A DNA stretch of 63,087 nucleotides, counting the filler, from Craspedostauros australis (lineage: Eukaryota): the NCBI GenBank assembly GCA_030167865.1. It is 9 parts of 9 records of this genome, joined end to end, with 100 filler letters (N's around TTAATTAATTAA, not from the genome) between each part and the next. Parts side by side here need not be neighbours in the genome. Positions count along the whole stretch, not along the records: positions 1 to 4,901 come from JALAGF010003420.1; positions 5,002 to 8,257 come from JALAGF010003421.1; positions 8,358 to 25,126 come from JALAGF010003422.1; 6 more parts are not named here. One strand, given 5' to 3'. Below are positions 1 through 11,990 of the stretch, piece by piece. The position numbers and the translations under genes are program-made. Positions within the stretch are counted from its first letter, which is position 1; every line of letters starts with the position of its first letter. Under the pieces are notes generated by a model. It saw only the letters and a program-made list of their open reading frames with translations, did not search any database and was not told the origin of the DNA.

Positions 1-45
1 CTACACAGCCATACCACAGCTTCCACAGAGTAGCGAACGGAGACG

Positions 46-3000
46 ATGGCGGACCAAGACAACCCACCGAACGCGAGTAGGCTAAACGATGCTTGCGGAG
101 ATGCGATGGAAAGCAAAACAACAGCGACGATTCGCATTGTGTTCCAGAACGCAGCTCAAATTCCCATTCACGCCTACCAGCAGAAGAATGAAGAGATCTT
201 CGAATTCATAAAGACGAGCGATCTCGACATTCTGTGCCTGGCAGAAACGAACCTACGGTGGGATCACGTCCGACCCCAGGACCAATGGTCGGAACGAACC
301 CGGCGCCAGCTGCCAAGATCAAAACATGTCTTCGCATACAACACACACGACGACCGACGAGATCCCAGGATGTATGGGGGTGCAGGAGTGGTAGTGACAG
401 CCCAAATCGCCGCACGCACATTCAAGAGCGGGATTGACGAGAGTGGGATGGGAAGATGGTGCTGGACGCTCACGGAAGGAAAAAGCGACAAAAGGCTACG
501 GGTCATCGCCGCATACAGGCCTTGCCGATCGACGGAAGGGACGAACACAGTTTGGTCCCAACAGGTGCGAGCGCTGACATCGGCCGGTAGAGACGAAGAC
601 CCACACGAAGCATGGATCAAGGATATCGCGAACGAAATAAGGACCTGGAAGGCCGCAGGCGAATCCATCATCCTGGGAGTGGACCTCAACGACAGCGCCA
701 TGGATAGCTGAACTCTCCACCAGTTGGAGGCCGTGGGAATGAAGAATGCGGTACGAAACAGGATTGGGGAGCTTGCACAGCAGGCAACGCAGCAACGAAA
801 CAACAACAATGTCCCCATCGATGCGATCTTCGCGTCCGAAGGAGTACTCCTCGAAAAGGCAGGCTATCTGGGCTTTGGGATGGCGATACCGTCGGACCAC
901 AGAGCGGTCTGGGTGGACATCGACTTTGCACAGGTGCTCGGGTCAGGCATCCAGCCCATCAGGAAGCCACAGCCAAGGCGCCTGGTCCTCAGCGCTCCAC
1001 GAGTGACCCAGAAGTACAACGATATGCTGCTAGAGGAATACGGCAAGCACAATATACTGGACAGAGTGAGAAGCGTGTGGCTGGAAGCGAAAGCGCAGGG
1101 GTGGAGCATGACTAATCTCCAACGGACCAAATACGACAAGCTGATGAACCAGACCTACGAGATTCGACGATACGCAGAGAAGAAGTGTCGCAAGCTGAAG
1201 ATGGGAGCCGTGGCGTGGTCACCAGAGCTGCAGCACGCGAGGAACGTGATCAAGTACTGGTCCCTGGAAGTGAAACATTTATCCGGCGTGAAAGTCAGCT
1301 CGTCCTTACGATTGCGCACCAGGAAACTGGTAGGGCTGTCGGCAGGAGAGTCGCTGGATCAAGCGAAGCAAAGCAGGACCGAGGCCTACGCCTCATACTA
1401 CGAGCAGAGGAAGGAACACCAACGAGCTCGGAAAGACCACTTGGTGGAGATAGCACGACAGCGTCACGACGCCCACGATCAGGAATACGAGGCGGCGCTG
1501 CAGATGCTCATGAACCGGGAACGGCAGCGCGAGCAAGCAGGTCGCCTACGAGCCATCTTCGGTCAAGACAAATCAATGACAACGAAGGTGCTGTTCACCG
1601 ACAACACGGGAGAAGTGCACGAGTGCACGGAGCAGCACGACATCGTGACCGCATGCATCCGTGAGAACAAGCAACGCTTCTCACAAGCCAACCGTACCCC
1701 GTGCATGACGGGCAGAGACAAGAAAATCATGGACCGAATCTGGAGACCAGAGTTGGAGTCCCAGCTTATCAACGCGGAAGGCACCTCGCCCGAGGAGCTG
1801 GATCCGATGATAAGGCTCCTCCTTGAATCGCTACAACCCATTGCCCAGGACGTGACAGAACTGTCAACTGAAGAACACCAGAAGGCATGGAAGAAGCAAA
1901 CCGAGCTCACCAACTCAGAGCCGAGCACTCCACACTTTGGCCACTACAAGGCCTCGATGATGGTAGAGAGTCTGGCACAAGCAGACGCGATGTTACGAGA
2001 CATCCCTTACCAAACAGGCCACTCTCCGAAACCGTGGCAACGTATCACGGACGTTGAAATTCTGAAGAAAGCGCAGGTGTTTAACATCGAGAAAATGCGG
2101 ACGATCCAGCTCATGGATGCCCAGTTTAACTTGAACAACAAAAGGCTGGGTAAGCAGATGATGAAAACAGCCGAGGCAGCAGGATGGTTGTCAGGATTTC
2201 AATTCGGAAGCAGGAAGTGCAGATCGGCGATAAGCGCCGCCCTGAATAAAAGGATGAGCATCGACTTGGGATTCCAGCGGAAGGTTGCCATTGCGTTCTG
2301 TTCGAACGACGCCAAATCATGTTATGACAGGATCGTTCCGAACTTCGCAGCTACCGCCATGATGGCGGCAGGCGCGAACGGAGCCGCCACTTGGAGCATG
2401 TTCAAGACGCTGCGCGACGCGGAGCATCACATCAGTACAGCGTACGGGGTGTCGGTGCGAACCTACAGTCGAGGACCTGACTGCGACATGCATGGCATAG
2501 GTCAAGGCAACGGTGCAGGCCCGGCGATATGGGCAGTCATCAGCTCGGTGATGTTCAACGCCATGGAAGCTCTGGGGCACGCATCCATCCTCCCCACGCC
2601 CGACGGCGAGGCGATCACAATGCTGGGATCAGCGTTCGTGGATGACACAGACTTGGTCCGGCTGGAGACGGTCGACAACGAAGGGTCAGACACTGAAAGC
2701 TTCAAACGCATGGTGCAGGACTGGAGTCGCCTACTGAGAGTCACAGGCGGAGCACTGGTTCCGGCCAAGTCGGCCTGGTGGGCCATCCAGCCTGCATTTG
2801 TCGGCAGCGACTGGTCTTGGGACAATGTGGACACACCGATCGATATTCGGATCGAGGACGGCAACGGAGAGCAGGCAGCGATACCCTTCAGAACGATGGA
2901 GCAACCGTTGTTCACACTGGGGGTATTCATCGACTTCGACGGTGATCAAGAGCAACAGATGCAAAGGCTGCGTGCGAAGGCTGAAGACTTCGGTGGACGT

Positions 3001-4901
3001 ATGCGGACAGCGCAAATTTCTCCGGAAGACGCACGGTCGGCGCTTTCTCTACGCTTTATGAAGACGGTCGAGTATTCATTACCAATGACCCAGCTCTCCC
3101 AACAACAGTGGAGATGGGTCATGGCGCCGGCGCTCCTGGCAGCGCTGCCAAAAATGGGTGTGTCAAGGACTTTCCCTCGAGACCTGGTCTACAGCCCGGC
3201 GTCGCTCGGAGGATTGGGAATCATCAACCCTGTCAACGCGCAGTTGGTTTCGCAAATGCAGCTGGCATTCGATGAAGTGCATCGAGGAACTCAAACCGGT
3301 GAGATGATCAAGTGTTCCATCCTGGCCCTCAAGGAGGAGTTAGGGCTCGGGAAGTCCCTGTTTCAGTATCCGTTTGACAGCGTAGGCCACTGTGCCACCA
3401 GCTGCTGGGTGACAGGGTTATGGAAGCAGCTACAAGACACGCGCATTGCGATTCATGAGACGACGCGCACTCCGGAAGTCCAACGAGTGGGCGATCGATT
3501 CCTCATGGACATCTGGTTGCAACAACGCATCAAAGGCGTACAACTGCTCCACCTGAACATGGTCCGACAGAAGCTTGGAGTGTTGCGAATGTCGGATGTG
3601 GTGTCCGCTGACGGCACCAGGATTCTGGCAGGCGCCCACGACGGCACCCTGAGTTCGAACGCCACCAGACACTGGGCAAAGCAGCCCAACCGGCTTCCAA
3701 GTGGTTGGTGGAAAGAATGGCAGCGCTGGTGCAAGTCTATGTGCTTCCACGGGCTGCTTCTGCACGAACCGCTGGGCAGGTGGTATAGGGACGACGGGAC
3801 CTGGAGATGGTGGAAGTTCCCTTACAGCAATATTATCCTGGACACGGCATCCCAGCCTATTCGAAGGTATCTGCCACAGCGACGACGATGGACGCGCAGA
3901 CAGCCCTACGTCAGCCGTGGTACGGTACCAGGGCTCCCAGAGGGCGCCAAGAGGGTGTCAGTGATCATTACGGACACTGGGTTGACATGGGACGGGCACT
4001 TAGGATTGACGCAGGCGGCCGAGGAGCCACCAGAGCCATACGAACCCATCGAGAATCTCCATGGAGAGTTGCGATGGCGAGACGCAGTGCAAGCGGCGCG
4101 CGAAGGACGTCTGCTCGTTGTGAGCGACGGTTCCTTCAAGGATTCCAGGGGCACGTCTGCCTCCATATTCTTCGATGCGGAATCGCGCGCTCGACTGCAA
4201 TGCCAGACGTTCGTGCCGGGGCCCGCCGAGGTCCAAAGCGCCTACAGAAGCGAGCTGGCTGGCATATGGGCGTCACTTTCAGTGATCGTCTTGATGCAAG
4301 ACCTGGACTCGACGTGTGAAATCACTATAGCTCTGGACGGCAAGCAAGCCATGCTGCAGGCCCAAGAAGACGGGCTTCGCCCTGGGCAACGGGACTGGGA
4401 CATTCTTACCGAGATCCGTTCACTACGCCATGAAATCCAAGCGACCCTGAAGTGGGAGTGGATGAAAGGCCACCAAGACGACACCGGGAAGAAGCTGACG
4501 ACACTGGAGCAGCTCAACGTTGTGGCCGATGAACAGGCCAAACTGTTCTGGACCGATACAGCGGATCGAAGGCTGGTGAAGCGCTGGGAAACTGACACGG
4601 ATAGATGGTGCTTGCGCCTACGCAATGCGGATTATTCGCACGTCGACGCTAGAGAACTGCACGAACTTCTGTAATCGGCGACAGCTGCGACCTATTGGTC
4701 GTCGAAGTTCCAATGGGACGAAGCTCAGCTGACCCAAGTGGACTGGCATACATACAAAAAGGCGCGGTCGTCGAGGAAGAACAAAGAGATGACGCGGTTC
4801 ATATCGAAGTGGTCGTCAGGCTTCGTCGGGGTGAACAAGAAGCTGCACCAGATGGGTCAGAAGGACTCACCAAAGTGCCAATTTTGTACGCAGGACGAGA
4901 C
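46..4901 (+). mobile_element. Non-LTR retrotransposon (LINE) ORF2: APE endonuclease + reverse transcriptase + RNase H + C-terminal CxxC; Ambal-like architecture; two in-frame stops; cut by gap
   Basis: ORFs 46..711, 724..4674 and 4738.. share one frame. APE motifs: FQNA, LCLAETN, AYRP, GVDLND, IDAIF, SDHRAV. RT motifs: DAKSCYDRI, GIGQGNGAGP, AFVDD. RNase H motifs: SDGSF, RSELAG, KGHQD, NVVAD. The frame ends KCQFC at the gap. Stops are TGA 709-711 and TAA 4672-4674. Confidence 0.93.
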
Positions 4902-5001
4902 NNNNNNNNNNNNNNNNNNNNNNNNNNNNNNNNNNNNNNNNNNNNTTAATTAATTAANNNNNNNNNNNNNNNNNNNNNNNNNNNNNNNNNNNNNNNNNNN
5001 N
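4902..5001. other. Assembly gap with artificial six-frame-stop linker (44 N + TTAATTAATTAA + 44 N)
   Basis: Identical 100-bp spacers at 4902, 8258, 25127, 32327, 38717, 52126, 55266 and 57526; plain 145-N gap at 54945..55089. Confidence 0.97.
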
Positions 5002-7210
5002 CCGCTTCTCGCGACGACGGCCCTTGCGTCGTCGCTTTGCCTCCTCCTCACCCTCCACCTTGACCCTCACATTGGCGGATGCCACCATGAGTGGCGCGGA
5101 GCTCACTGTTGGCGGTGGACTTGGGGTGTCGGTGTTCGATGCGTTGCTGTCGTCCCCGTCGCCATCGATGACGAAGGCGGTGTCTTCGCCTTTGCCATCT
5201 CTGAGGAGCCTTGGCGGTGCCGTCTTGGGCGTCCCCGAGTTGTGGGCCACGGTGGTTTGGCCCATGTAGCCTGGGATGGTGTCGGATGGATGGCACATGG
5301 GGCTTGGGACACGGGGGTACGACATGAAGCGCTGGCCATTGTCCTGCGTTGAGGTAGGACATGGCCATGGTGTCGGTGGTTTCGTGTTTTGTGTTTGTGG
5401 TTGTGCGGTATGTTGTGTTTTGTGTTTTGTGTTGGGAGTTGGGAGTTGTGATGGTGAATGCGTTTGTGGCGCGAAGAATTAAATACGCAGAAACGACTGT
5501 GTCAGTTGTGGTTGGCTCTGTGTGGGCAAACAACGAATTGTGGTGGCGTGCAACTTACAGGCACCATCGAGTGCAGATGAAGACGAGGTGACAACGTGGG
5601 ATGAGGCAAGTGGTGGAATGGCAGAGCAGGTGTGTCAGCGGATTTGTCAGCGATGGGGAGGTTCTGGTCTGCCATTTCCACGGAAGTGGCTGGGACAGGC
5701 ATCGGATTCTCAGGGTTCGACTCCACCATGCGGACAATTAGCATGGGCACATGCGAAAAGGTCCGTTGATTGTTGTGTAAAACGCGAGGGCACAAGAACG
5801 TGCAGCCAGTGATGACCCGGTCAGTGGTCTCCTTGAAGCCGCCGTCGACATGGAACGGGAGTTTCTCTTTGTGTACGCGACTGTATGCCGGATCGGAATG
5901 TTCGAACCTTTTCACGGAGCGCGCGTAGCCCTTTGCGCGAGCCTCTTGGAGCTCGTAGTTGGACAGTTTGTTGGGGTTGCTGGTGTTGTGCAGTTGCAAC
6001 AAGTGCCGGTCCTGCACCACAGTGTGCAGGAAGGACTTGTTCTCCTTCACAGTCACGTACAAGAAGGAGTCACTCCCCACACTGATGATTTTACCCTCAA
6101 TGTCCTCGGAACACGCGCCAGCAGGCAAGACAAAGTCAACTTGCAGGACACTTCTTCCGCCGTAGCCTTGATAGTGATGGCGAATGCCAGGGAGGCCGAT
6201 GTTCGGATTGGTCTCAACCCAGTCGGCCACGCGTTGGTGTTTGGTGTTTGCGTGTGTGTGATCCGGAGTCACAGCAGCCACAGTGTTTGCCTTGGGTGCG
6301 GGAATGGCACGTGTTGGAGTGGTGGGTGGTGGGTGGATCACTGGTTTTGGGGTGGTGGCGGTTGTCATTGGTGGTGCGTTGGCCATAACGTCGGATGCTT
6401 TTGTCAGAAATGCCTCAACGGGCATATATGGTTGTTTTTTGTTTTGCTGCGCCAAAATGTCACCTTGTTCTACCATTTGGTTGAGCGAAGGTGGGTTGAA
6501 CGGGTTTTGTGAGCCTGTCAACTCAACAAACAAGTGTGAGAAAGGTTGCGGAAATATCAGTTTGATTATTGCAAGGGAATGAAGAGACATCGCAGTGCAT
6601 GTACAGGTACTTACGAGCGTGCTCCGCCATCTTATCCTTCAAGCGCTTGATTGCACGCTTGATCTGCTCCAACTCGTAGATTTCGAACTCCTTGTAGGAC
6701 CGTTTGACTTCGTCAGGAGAAATGTTTGGGGAAATTTCGCCTGCGATCATGCGTCGACGAAGGTCTTTCGCAGCCTCTGACTCGGAATTCCAGCGTGGCA
6801 TACCTGGTGCCACACCGACTCCAATTCTGCTCGATTACTGCTGTGATGATGGTTGTTTGTGGGTTGTGTTGAGCTGAGTTGTTGCTGACTATTTCAATTT
6901 TATGTGTTAGTTTCAAAGTTGGGATCGGACAGCAAAGTCCATGCTCGTACAAAGAGTCATGTGCACTTGGTACAACAGCGCTCTACCCAAGCGCACGTTC
7001 AATCCATCGCACGACAGCCTTTCGGAATTGAAGTCGCCGTGCCTTGGTTCCATCAGTGCTACGATATCTACACCCTTTGCGCCACTTGCCATTGCACGGA
7101 CCAAGAATTCCCGGTGAGCGGCTGCTTGGCATCTTCCGGGATCAATACTGGTACTACTATTGTTGTCAGAAACAAATAATCGCAAAATTGACATGGTTCA
7201 CCACCCAATA
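5002..7210 (-). repeat. Repeat element copy 1, inverted; matches 8358..10566
   Basis: Reverse complement of 8358..10566 (position sum 15568); ORF-track translations are identical. It stops at a gap exactly where copies 2 and 3 first differ. Confidence 0.93.
5502..6801 (-). CDS. Repeat-borne spliced gene A, copy 1 (exons 6801..6615, 6514..5502)
   Basis: Mirror of the gene at 8767..10066. Confidence 0.7.
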
Positions 7211-8766
7211 ACCCTGTGTGTGGTGTTGGAGCAACTGTGCCAGTGAATGCAGGGCATTGTAACCATGACTCGAAGTGGGCCAAAGTGTGCCCTGTATTCG
7301 CCATTTGACATTTGGCACGTACTTGCGACCTCATGTTGGTCACGGGACCCTGAACACAACCTCTTCTCCTGTCCAACGCGGACTGGACGCCCGATTCTCG
7401 GTGGCCGCGCGCAGAGAGACAAACAGAGAGACGAGCTTGACAGAAATGCCCCCTTGCATTTGCAAAACACATGGTTGTGGGATGTTGCCGGCGAGAAGAT
7501 TGGCGAATGCCAAAAAGGACGCTCTGTCTTTCCCGTTTGGAGGAGCCAATGTTTGGTTGGAAGTGAAGTATGCTCACGACACCGCACAGACCAGCCACAT
7601 GCGCAATGTTTGGTCGTGGATTCCTGGCAGCATCGAAGGCGCCACTGATCTGACGCCGTCGCCATGTTTCCCCACAAGCGTTTCCCCGGACGCCCGCAAC
7701 CGCCTCATGCTGGGCACCACGCCGTCGTACAGTGGGAGCGCCTATGGCACGAAGTCGATTATCTCTCCACGGGGTTGGAGTCTCTGTGCTTGCCAAATGC
7801 ATATGTTCTGCTGTCATACAAACAACGAATAATCGTGGCGGTCACCACACGTTCTTGTGACTGTGATAATAGTGTAGCAATAACATACCCACGCATAGCG
7901 TTCGACGCTCGTGCCGGTAGCATATTCTATGTGCGAAACATAATCGTCTTTCGCCAACAGCAGTTAGTATAGCAACCGCCACCAGTGTCCGTTATCATCA
8001 AGCCAGTGGCAAGTTGATATACAGTGATGTTGGATAGTGGCTGTTTGCTGATTTGTGCCGATTGGACGTGCGTGTACTGTCGGTGCTGTATGTCTCATGA
8101 ACGCGCTGCGTGGGGACCACGATGTCGCTGCAACATCCGACCAAAGTCGTACCTCCGTCGTATCATGTCATCCCAACAACCAACCTACGTCATCTGACGT
8201 CCGATCAATGTTTGACCGATGTTTGACTGAAGTGAAGGTGAAGTATGACATTGCGGTNNNNNNNNNNNNNNNNNNNNNNNNNNNNNNNNNNNNNNNNNNN
8301 NTTAATTAATTAANNNNNNNNNNNNNNNNNNNNNNNNNNNNNNNNNNNNNNNNNNNNTATTGGGTGGTGAACCATGTCAATTTTGCGATTATTTGTTTCT
8401 GACAACAATAGTAGTACCAGTATTGATCCCGGAAGATGCCAAGCAGCCGCTCACCGGGAATTCTTGGTCCGTGCAATGGCAAGTGGCGCAAAGGGTGTAG
8501 ATATCGTAGCACTGATGGAACCAAGGCACGGCGACTTCAATTCCGAAAGGCTGTCGTGCGATGGATTGAACGTGCGCTTGGGTAGAGCGCTGTTGTACCA
8601 AGTGCACATGACTCTTTGTACGAGCATGGACTTTGCTGTCCGATCCCAACTTTGAAACTAACACATAAAATTGAAATAGTCAGCAACAACTCAGCTCAAC
8701 ACAACCCACAAACAACCATCATCACAGCAGTAATCGAGCAGAATTGGAGTCGGTGTGGCACCAGGT

Positions 8767-10066
8767 ATGCCACGCTGGAATTCCGAGTCAGAGGCTGCGA
8801 AAGACCTTCGTCGACGCATGATCGCAGGCGAAATTTCCCCAAACATTTCTCCTGACGAAGTCAAACGGTCCTACAAGGAGTTCGAAATCTACGAGTTGGA
8901 GCAGATCAAGCGTGCAATCAAGCGCTTGAAGGATAAGATGGCGGAGCACGCTCGTAAGTACCTGTACATGCACTGCGATGTCTCTTCATTCCCTTGCAAT
9001 AATCAAACTGATATTTCCGCAACCTTTCTCACACTTGTTTGTTGAGTTGACAGGCTCACAAAACCCGTTCAACCCACCTTCGCTCAACCAAATGGTAGAA
9101 CAAGGTGACATTTTGGCGCAGCAAAACAAAAAACAACCATATATGCCCGTTGAGGCATTTCTGACAAAAGCATCCGACGTTATGGCCAACGCACCACCAA
9201 TGACAACCGCCACCACCCCAAAACCAGTGATCCACCCACCACCCACCACTCCAACACGTGCCATTCCCGCACCCAAGGCAAACACTGTGGCTGCTGTGAC
9301 TCCGGATCACACACACGCAAACACCAAACACCAACGCGTGGCCGACTGGGTTGAGACCAATCCGAACATCGGCCTCCCTGGCATTCGCCATCACTATCAA
9401 GGCTACGGCGGAAGAAGTGTCCTGCAAGTTGACTTTGTCTTGCCTGCTGGCGCGTGTTCCGAGGACATTGAGGGTAAAATCATCAGTGTGGGGAGTGACT
9501 CCTTCTTGTACGTGACTGTGAAGGAGAACAAGTCCTTCCTGCACACTGTGGTGCAGGACCGGCACTTGTTGCAACTGCACAACACCAGCAACCCCAACAA
9601 ACTGTCCAACTACGAGCTCCAAGAGGCTCGCGCAAAGGGCTACGCGCGCTCCGTGAAAAGGTTCGAACATTCCGATCCGGCATACAGTCGCGTACACAAA
9701 GAGAAACTCCCGTTCCATGTCGACGGCGGCTTCAAGGAGACCACTGACCGGGTCATCACTGGCTGCACGTTCTTGTGCCCTCGCGTTTTACACAACAATC
9801 AACGGACCTTTTCGCATGTGCCCATGCTAATTGTCCGCATGGTGGAGTCGAACCCTGAGAATCCGATGCCTGTCCCAGCCACTTCCGTGGAAATGGCAGA
9901 CCAGAACCTCCCCATCGCTGACAAATCCGCTGACACACCTGCTCTGCCATTCCACCACTTGCCTCATCCCACGTTGTCACCTCGTCTTCATCTGCACTCG
10001 ATGGTGCCTGTAAGTTGCACGCCACCACAATTCGTTGTTTGCCCACACAGAGCCAACCACAACTGA
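8767..10066 (+). CDS. Repeat-borne spliced gene A, 399 aa hypothetical (exons 8767..8953, 9054..10066)
   Basis: ATG 8767 (MPRWNSESEAAKDLRRRM). A 100-nt intron GTAAGT...TTGACAG (8954..9053) joins ORF 8755..9045 in frame to ORF 8978..10066 (C+GC = Arg). Confidence 0.72.
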
Positions 10067-10242
10067 CACAGTCGTTTCTGCGTATTTAATTCTTCGCGCC
10101 ACAAACGCATTCACCATCACAACTCCCAACTCCCAACACAAAACACAAAACACAACATACCGCACAACCACAAACACAAAACACGAAACCACCGACACCA
10201 TGGCCATGTCCTACCTCAACGCAGGACAATGGCCAGCGCTTC

Positions 10243-10998
10243 ATGTCGTACCCCCGTGTCCCAAGCCCCATGTGCCATCCATCCGACACCATCCCAGGCT
10301 ACATGGGCCAAACCACCGTGGCCCACAACTCGGGGACGCCCAAGACGGCACCGCCAAGGCTCCTCAGAGATGGCAAAGGCGAAGACACCGCCTTCGTCAT
10401 CGATGGCGACGGGGACGACAGCAACGCATCGAACACCGACACCCCAAGTCCACCGCCAACAGTGAGCTCCGCGCCACTCATGGTGGCATCCGCCAATGTG
10501 AGGGTCAAGGTGGAGGGTGAGGAGGAGGCAAAGCGACGACGCAAGGGCCGTCGTCGCGAGAAGCGGTGCGCTCTCACCAAGGCCAGGGATGAAGCATCCG
10601 GCAATGATGCGCATCGGAAGAAGCCACGTGAAGTTGTGAGCATCGACCTTTCATCCGATGAGGAAATGAAGCCAAAGGCAAAACCGCCTCCAACGAGTGC
10701 ATCAAGCAAAAAGGCCAAAGCGACGGTCGAAAAAAAAGCATCCTCCAAGAAGACAGTGGCACCGGCAACCACCAGAGTGCCAACAGGCAAGGAAGAGGAC
10801 AGCTGCAACAAGGATGAACCTGGCACTGCTTTGCCTAAGAAGAACATGTTGCAGGATAAGAAGAAGCGGGGCGCACCCAATGCAAACGCATTCGGTGCGC
10901 CCTTCACTAGAAGCGTCGCGCAGAACGCGGCGGCAGTGGCAGCCGCGGCCGCGGCAACACGGAACACCGACGAGCACAAGAAGGACAAGGACAAGTGA
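10243..10998 (+). CDS. Repeat-borne ORF B, 251 aa, low-complexity K/R-rich protein with NLS-like and SIM-like motifs
   Basis: KRRRKGRRREKR basic patch; EVVSIDLSSDEE hydrophobic-acidic motif; start uncertain. Confidence 0.5.
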   Translation: MSYPRVPSPMCHPSDTIPGYMGQTTVAHNSGTPKTAPPRLLRDGKGEDTAFVIDGDGDDSNASNTDTPSPPPTVSSAPLMVASANVRVKVEGEEEAKRRRKGRRREKRCALTKARDEASGNDAHRKKPREVVSIDLSSDEEMKPKAKPPPTSASSKKAKATVEKKASSKKTVAPATTRVPTGKEEDSCNKDEPGTALPKKNMLQDKKKRGAPNANAFGAPFTRSVAQNAAAVAAAAAATRNTDEHKKDKDK

Positions 10999-11990
10999 CA
11001 AGCAGGAACGGACGAGACCCGTGTCGTCCCTGTGGCAGCATGCATTCATGCTGCCACAGCAACATTAGGAATGAATCAACGTCAAACCAAACTTGACCAA
11101 TACATGAATTGTATATGACCATTACCCATAAACAGTATAAAAATCAAATATACCAACCAGGATACATTGCTGTCTTTGTAGTCAGTACAGCAAATGCTCG
11201 GCTCATCAATGAAACGAGTTGTGTAGGAAGTACAACACAGAGGCAGGGACTGTTTCCAACTGCTTTTGTTACAGTTGGCGACGACGAGAAACTTCATCAA
11301 TGCACACCTGAGATCGTGTGGATGCGGTTGTTGTTGTGGAGACCACGATGCACATCCCACTTCGGACAGCAGTTCGAAACCAGGAATCCGGGCTAAAACA
11401 GGTATTCAATTAACGAACAAACGAACATGATGTAGGACCAACATTGGATGACTGCGAAACAAACGATGTCCGATATGCGCACTACTGCTAACTGAAGTAC
11501 GATCATGTGAATCCGAAATCGAACAATGCCGCATAATGTCCGCTATTCTGTGTAATATCGCAACTATACGGCAACCTCTTTGATGAACTGCAACTGACTT
11601 CGTCAACAGACCTCTCTTCGATGCCGAATGTCGAAACCTCTGTTGCCATCACATACTCGAATTCCATCCAGGAGACAATTCTTCGCAACAGCTCTTTGGA
11701 GGTGTCGCCGACATGCTGGTCAACACGGACGGCGCAAGCAAGATGCGTATCTGGATGAAGGAAGATCAATGCAGAGCACAGCAGAAAGAGCATGGCAGTC
11801 TGAGCTGTCCAAACGCGCTTCGTCTGCTAAATCCCATTTGATCGGTGACTGACTGTCGATGAATGAGACATTCTACCATACTCTCCCGCAATACGTATAG
11901 GCAAATAGCTGCTAGTTTGGGTTACGGGAGAACAATAGAGGCCATGTGGGCAACCATCTGAGCCACATAGATTGCCTGCCGATGGAACGC

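Larger units (their letters stand above)
8358..11578 (+). mobile_element. Unclassified repeat / putative non-autonomous DNA element, copy 2 (left end in gap)
   Basis: Colinear with 25227..28379. Similarity ends sharply at ...TATACGGCAACCTC, followed by unrelated flanks (TTTGATG vs CCTGGCT). No transposase or RT seen. Confidence 0.75.

Noticed and set aside
4946..4957. Recurrent TTAATTAATTAA palindrome (8 times), which could be read as a piggyBac-like TTAA site or conserved motif
   Set aside because: Always centred in 44+44 Ns; it is an artificial scaffold linker with stops in all six frames.
7068..7832. ORFs of 130-250 aa upstream of the repeat core as a possible transposase
   Set aside because: No DDE or other recognisable motifs; composition looks non-coding.
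7968..7979. TATAGCAACCGC as a possible left TIR matching the right end TACGGCAACCTC
   Set aside because: Only 9/12 identity, and no target-site duplication matches either right flank; cannot be supported without more copies.
8978..9053. ORF-track N-terminus MSLHSLAIIKLIF of the 362-aa ORF as a signal peptide
   Set aside because: It lies within the predicted intron 8954..9053.
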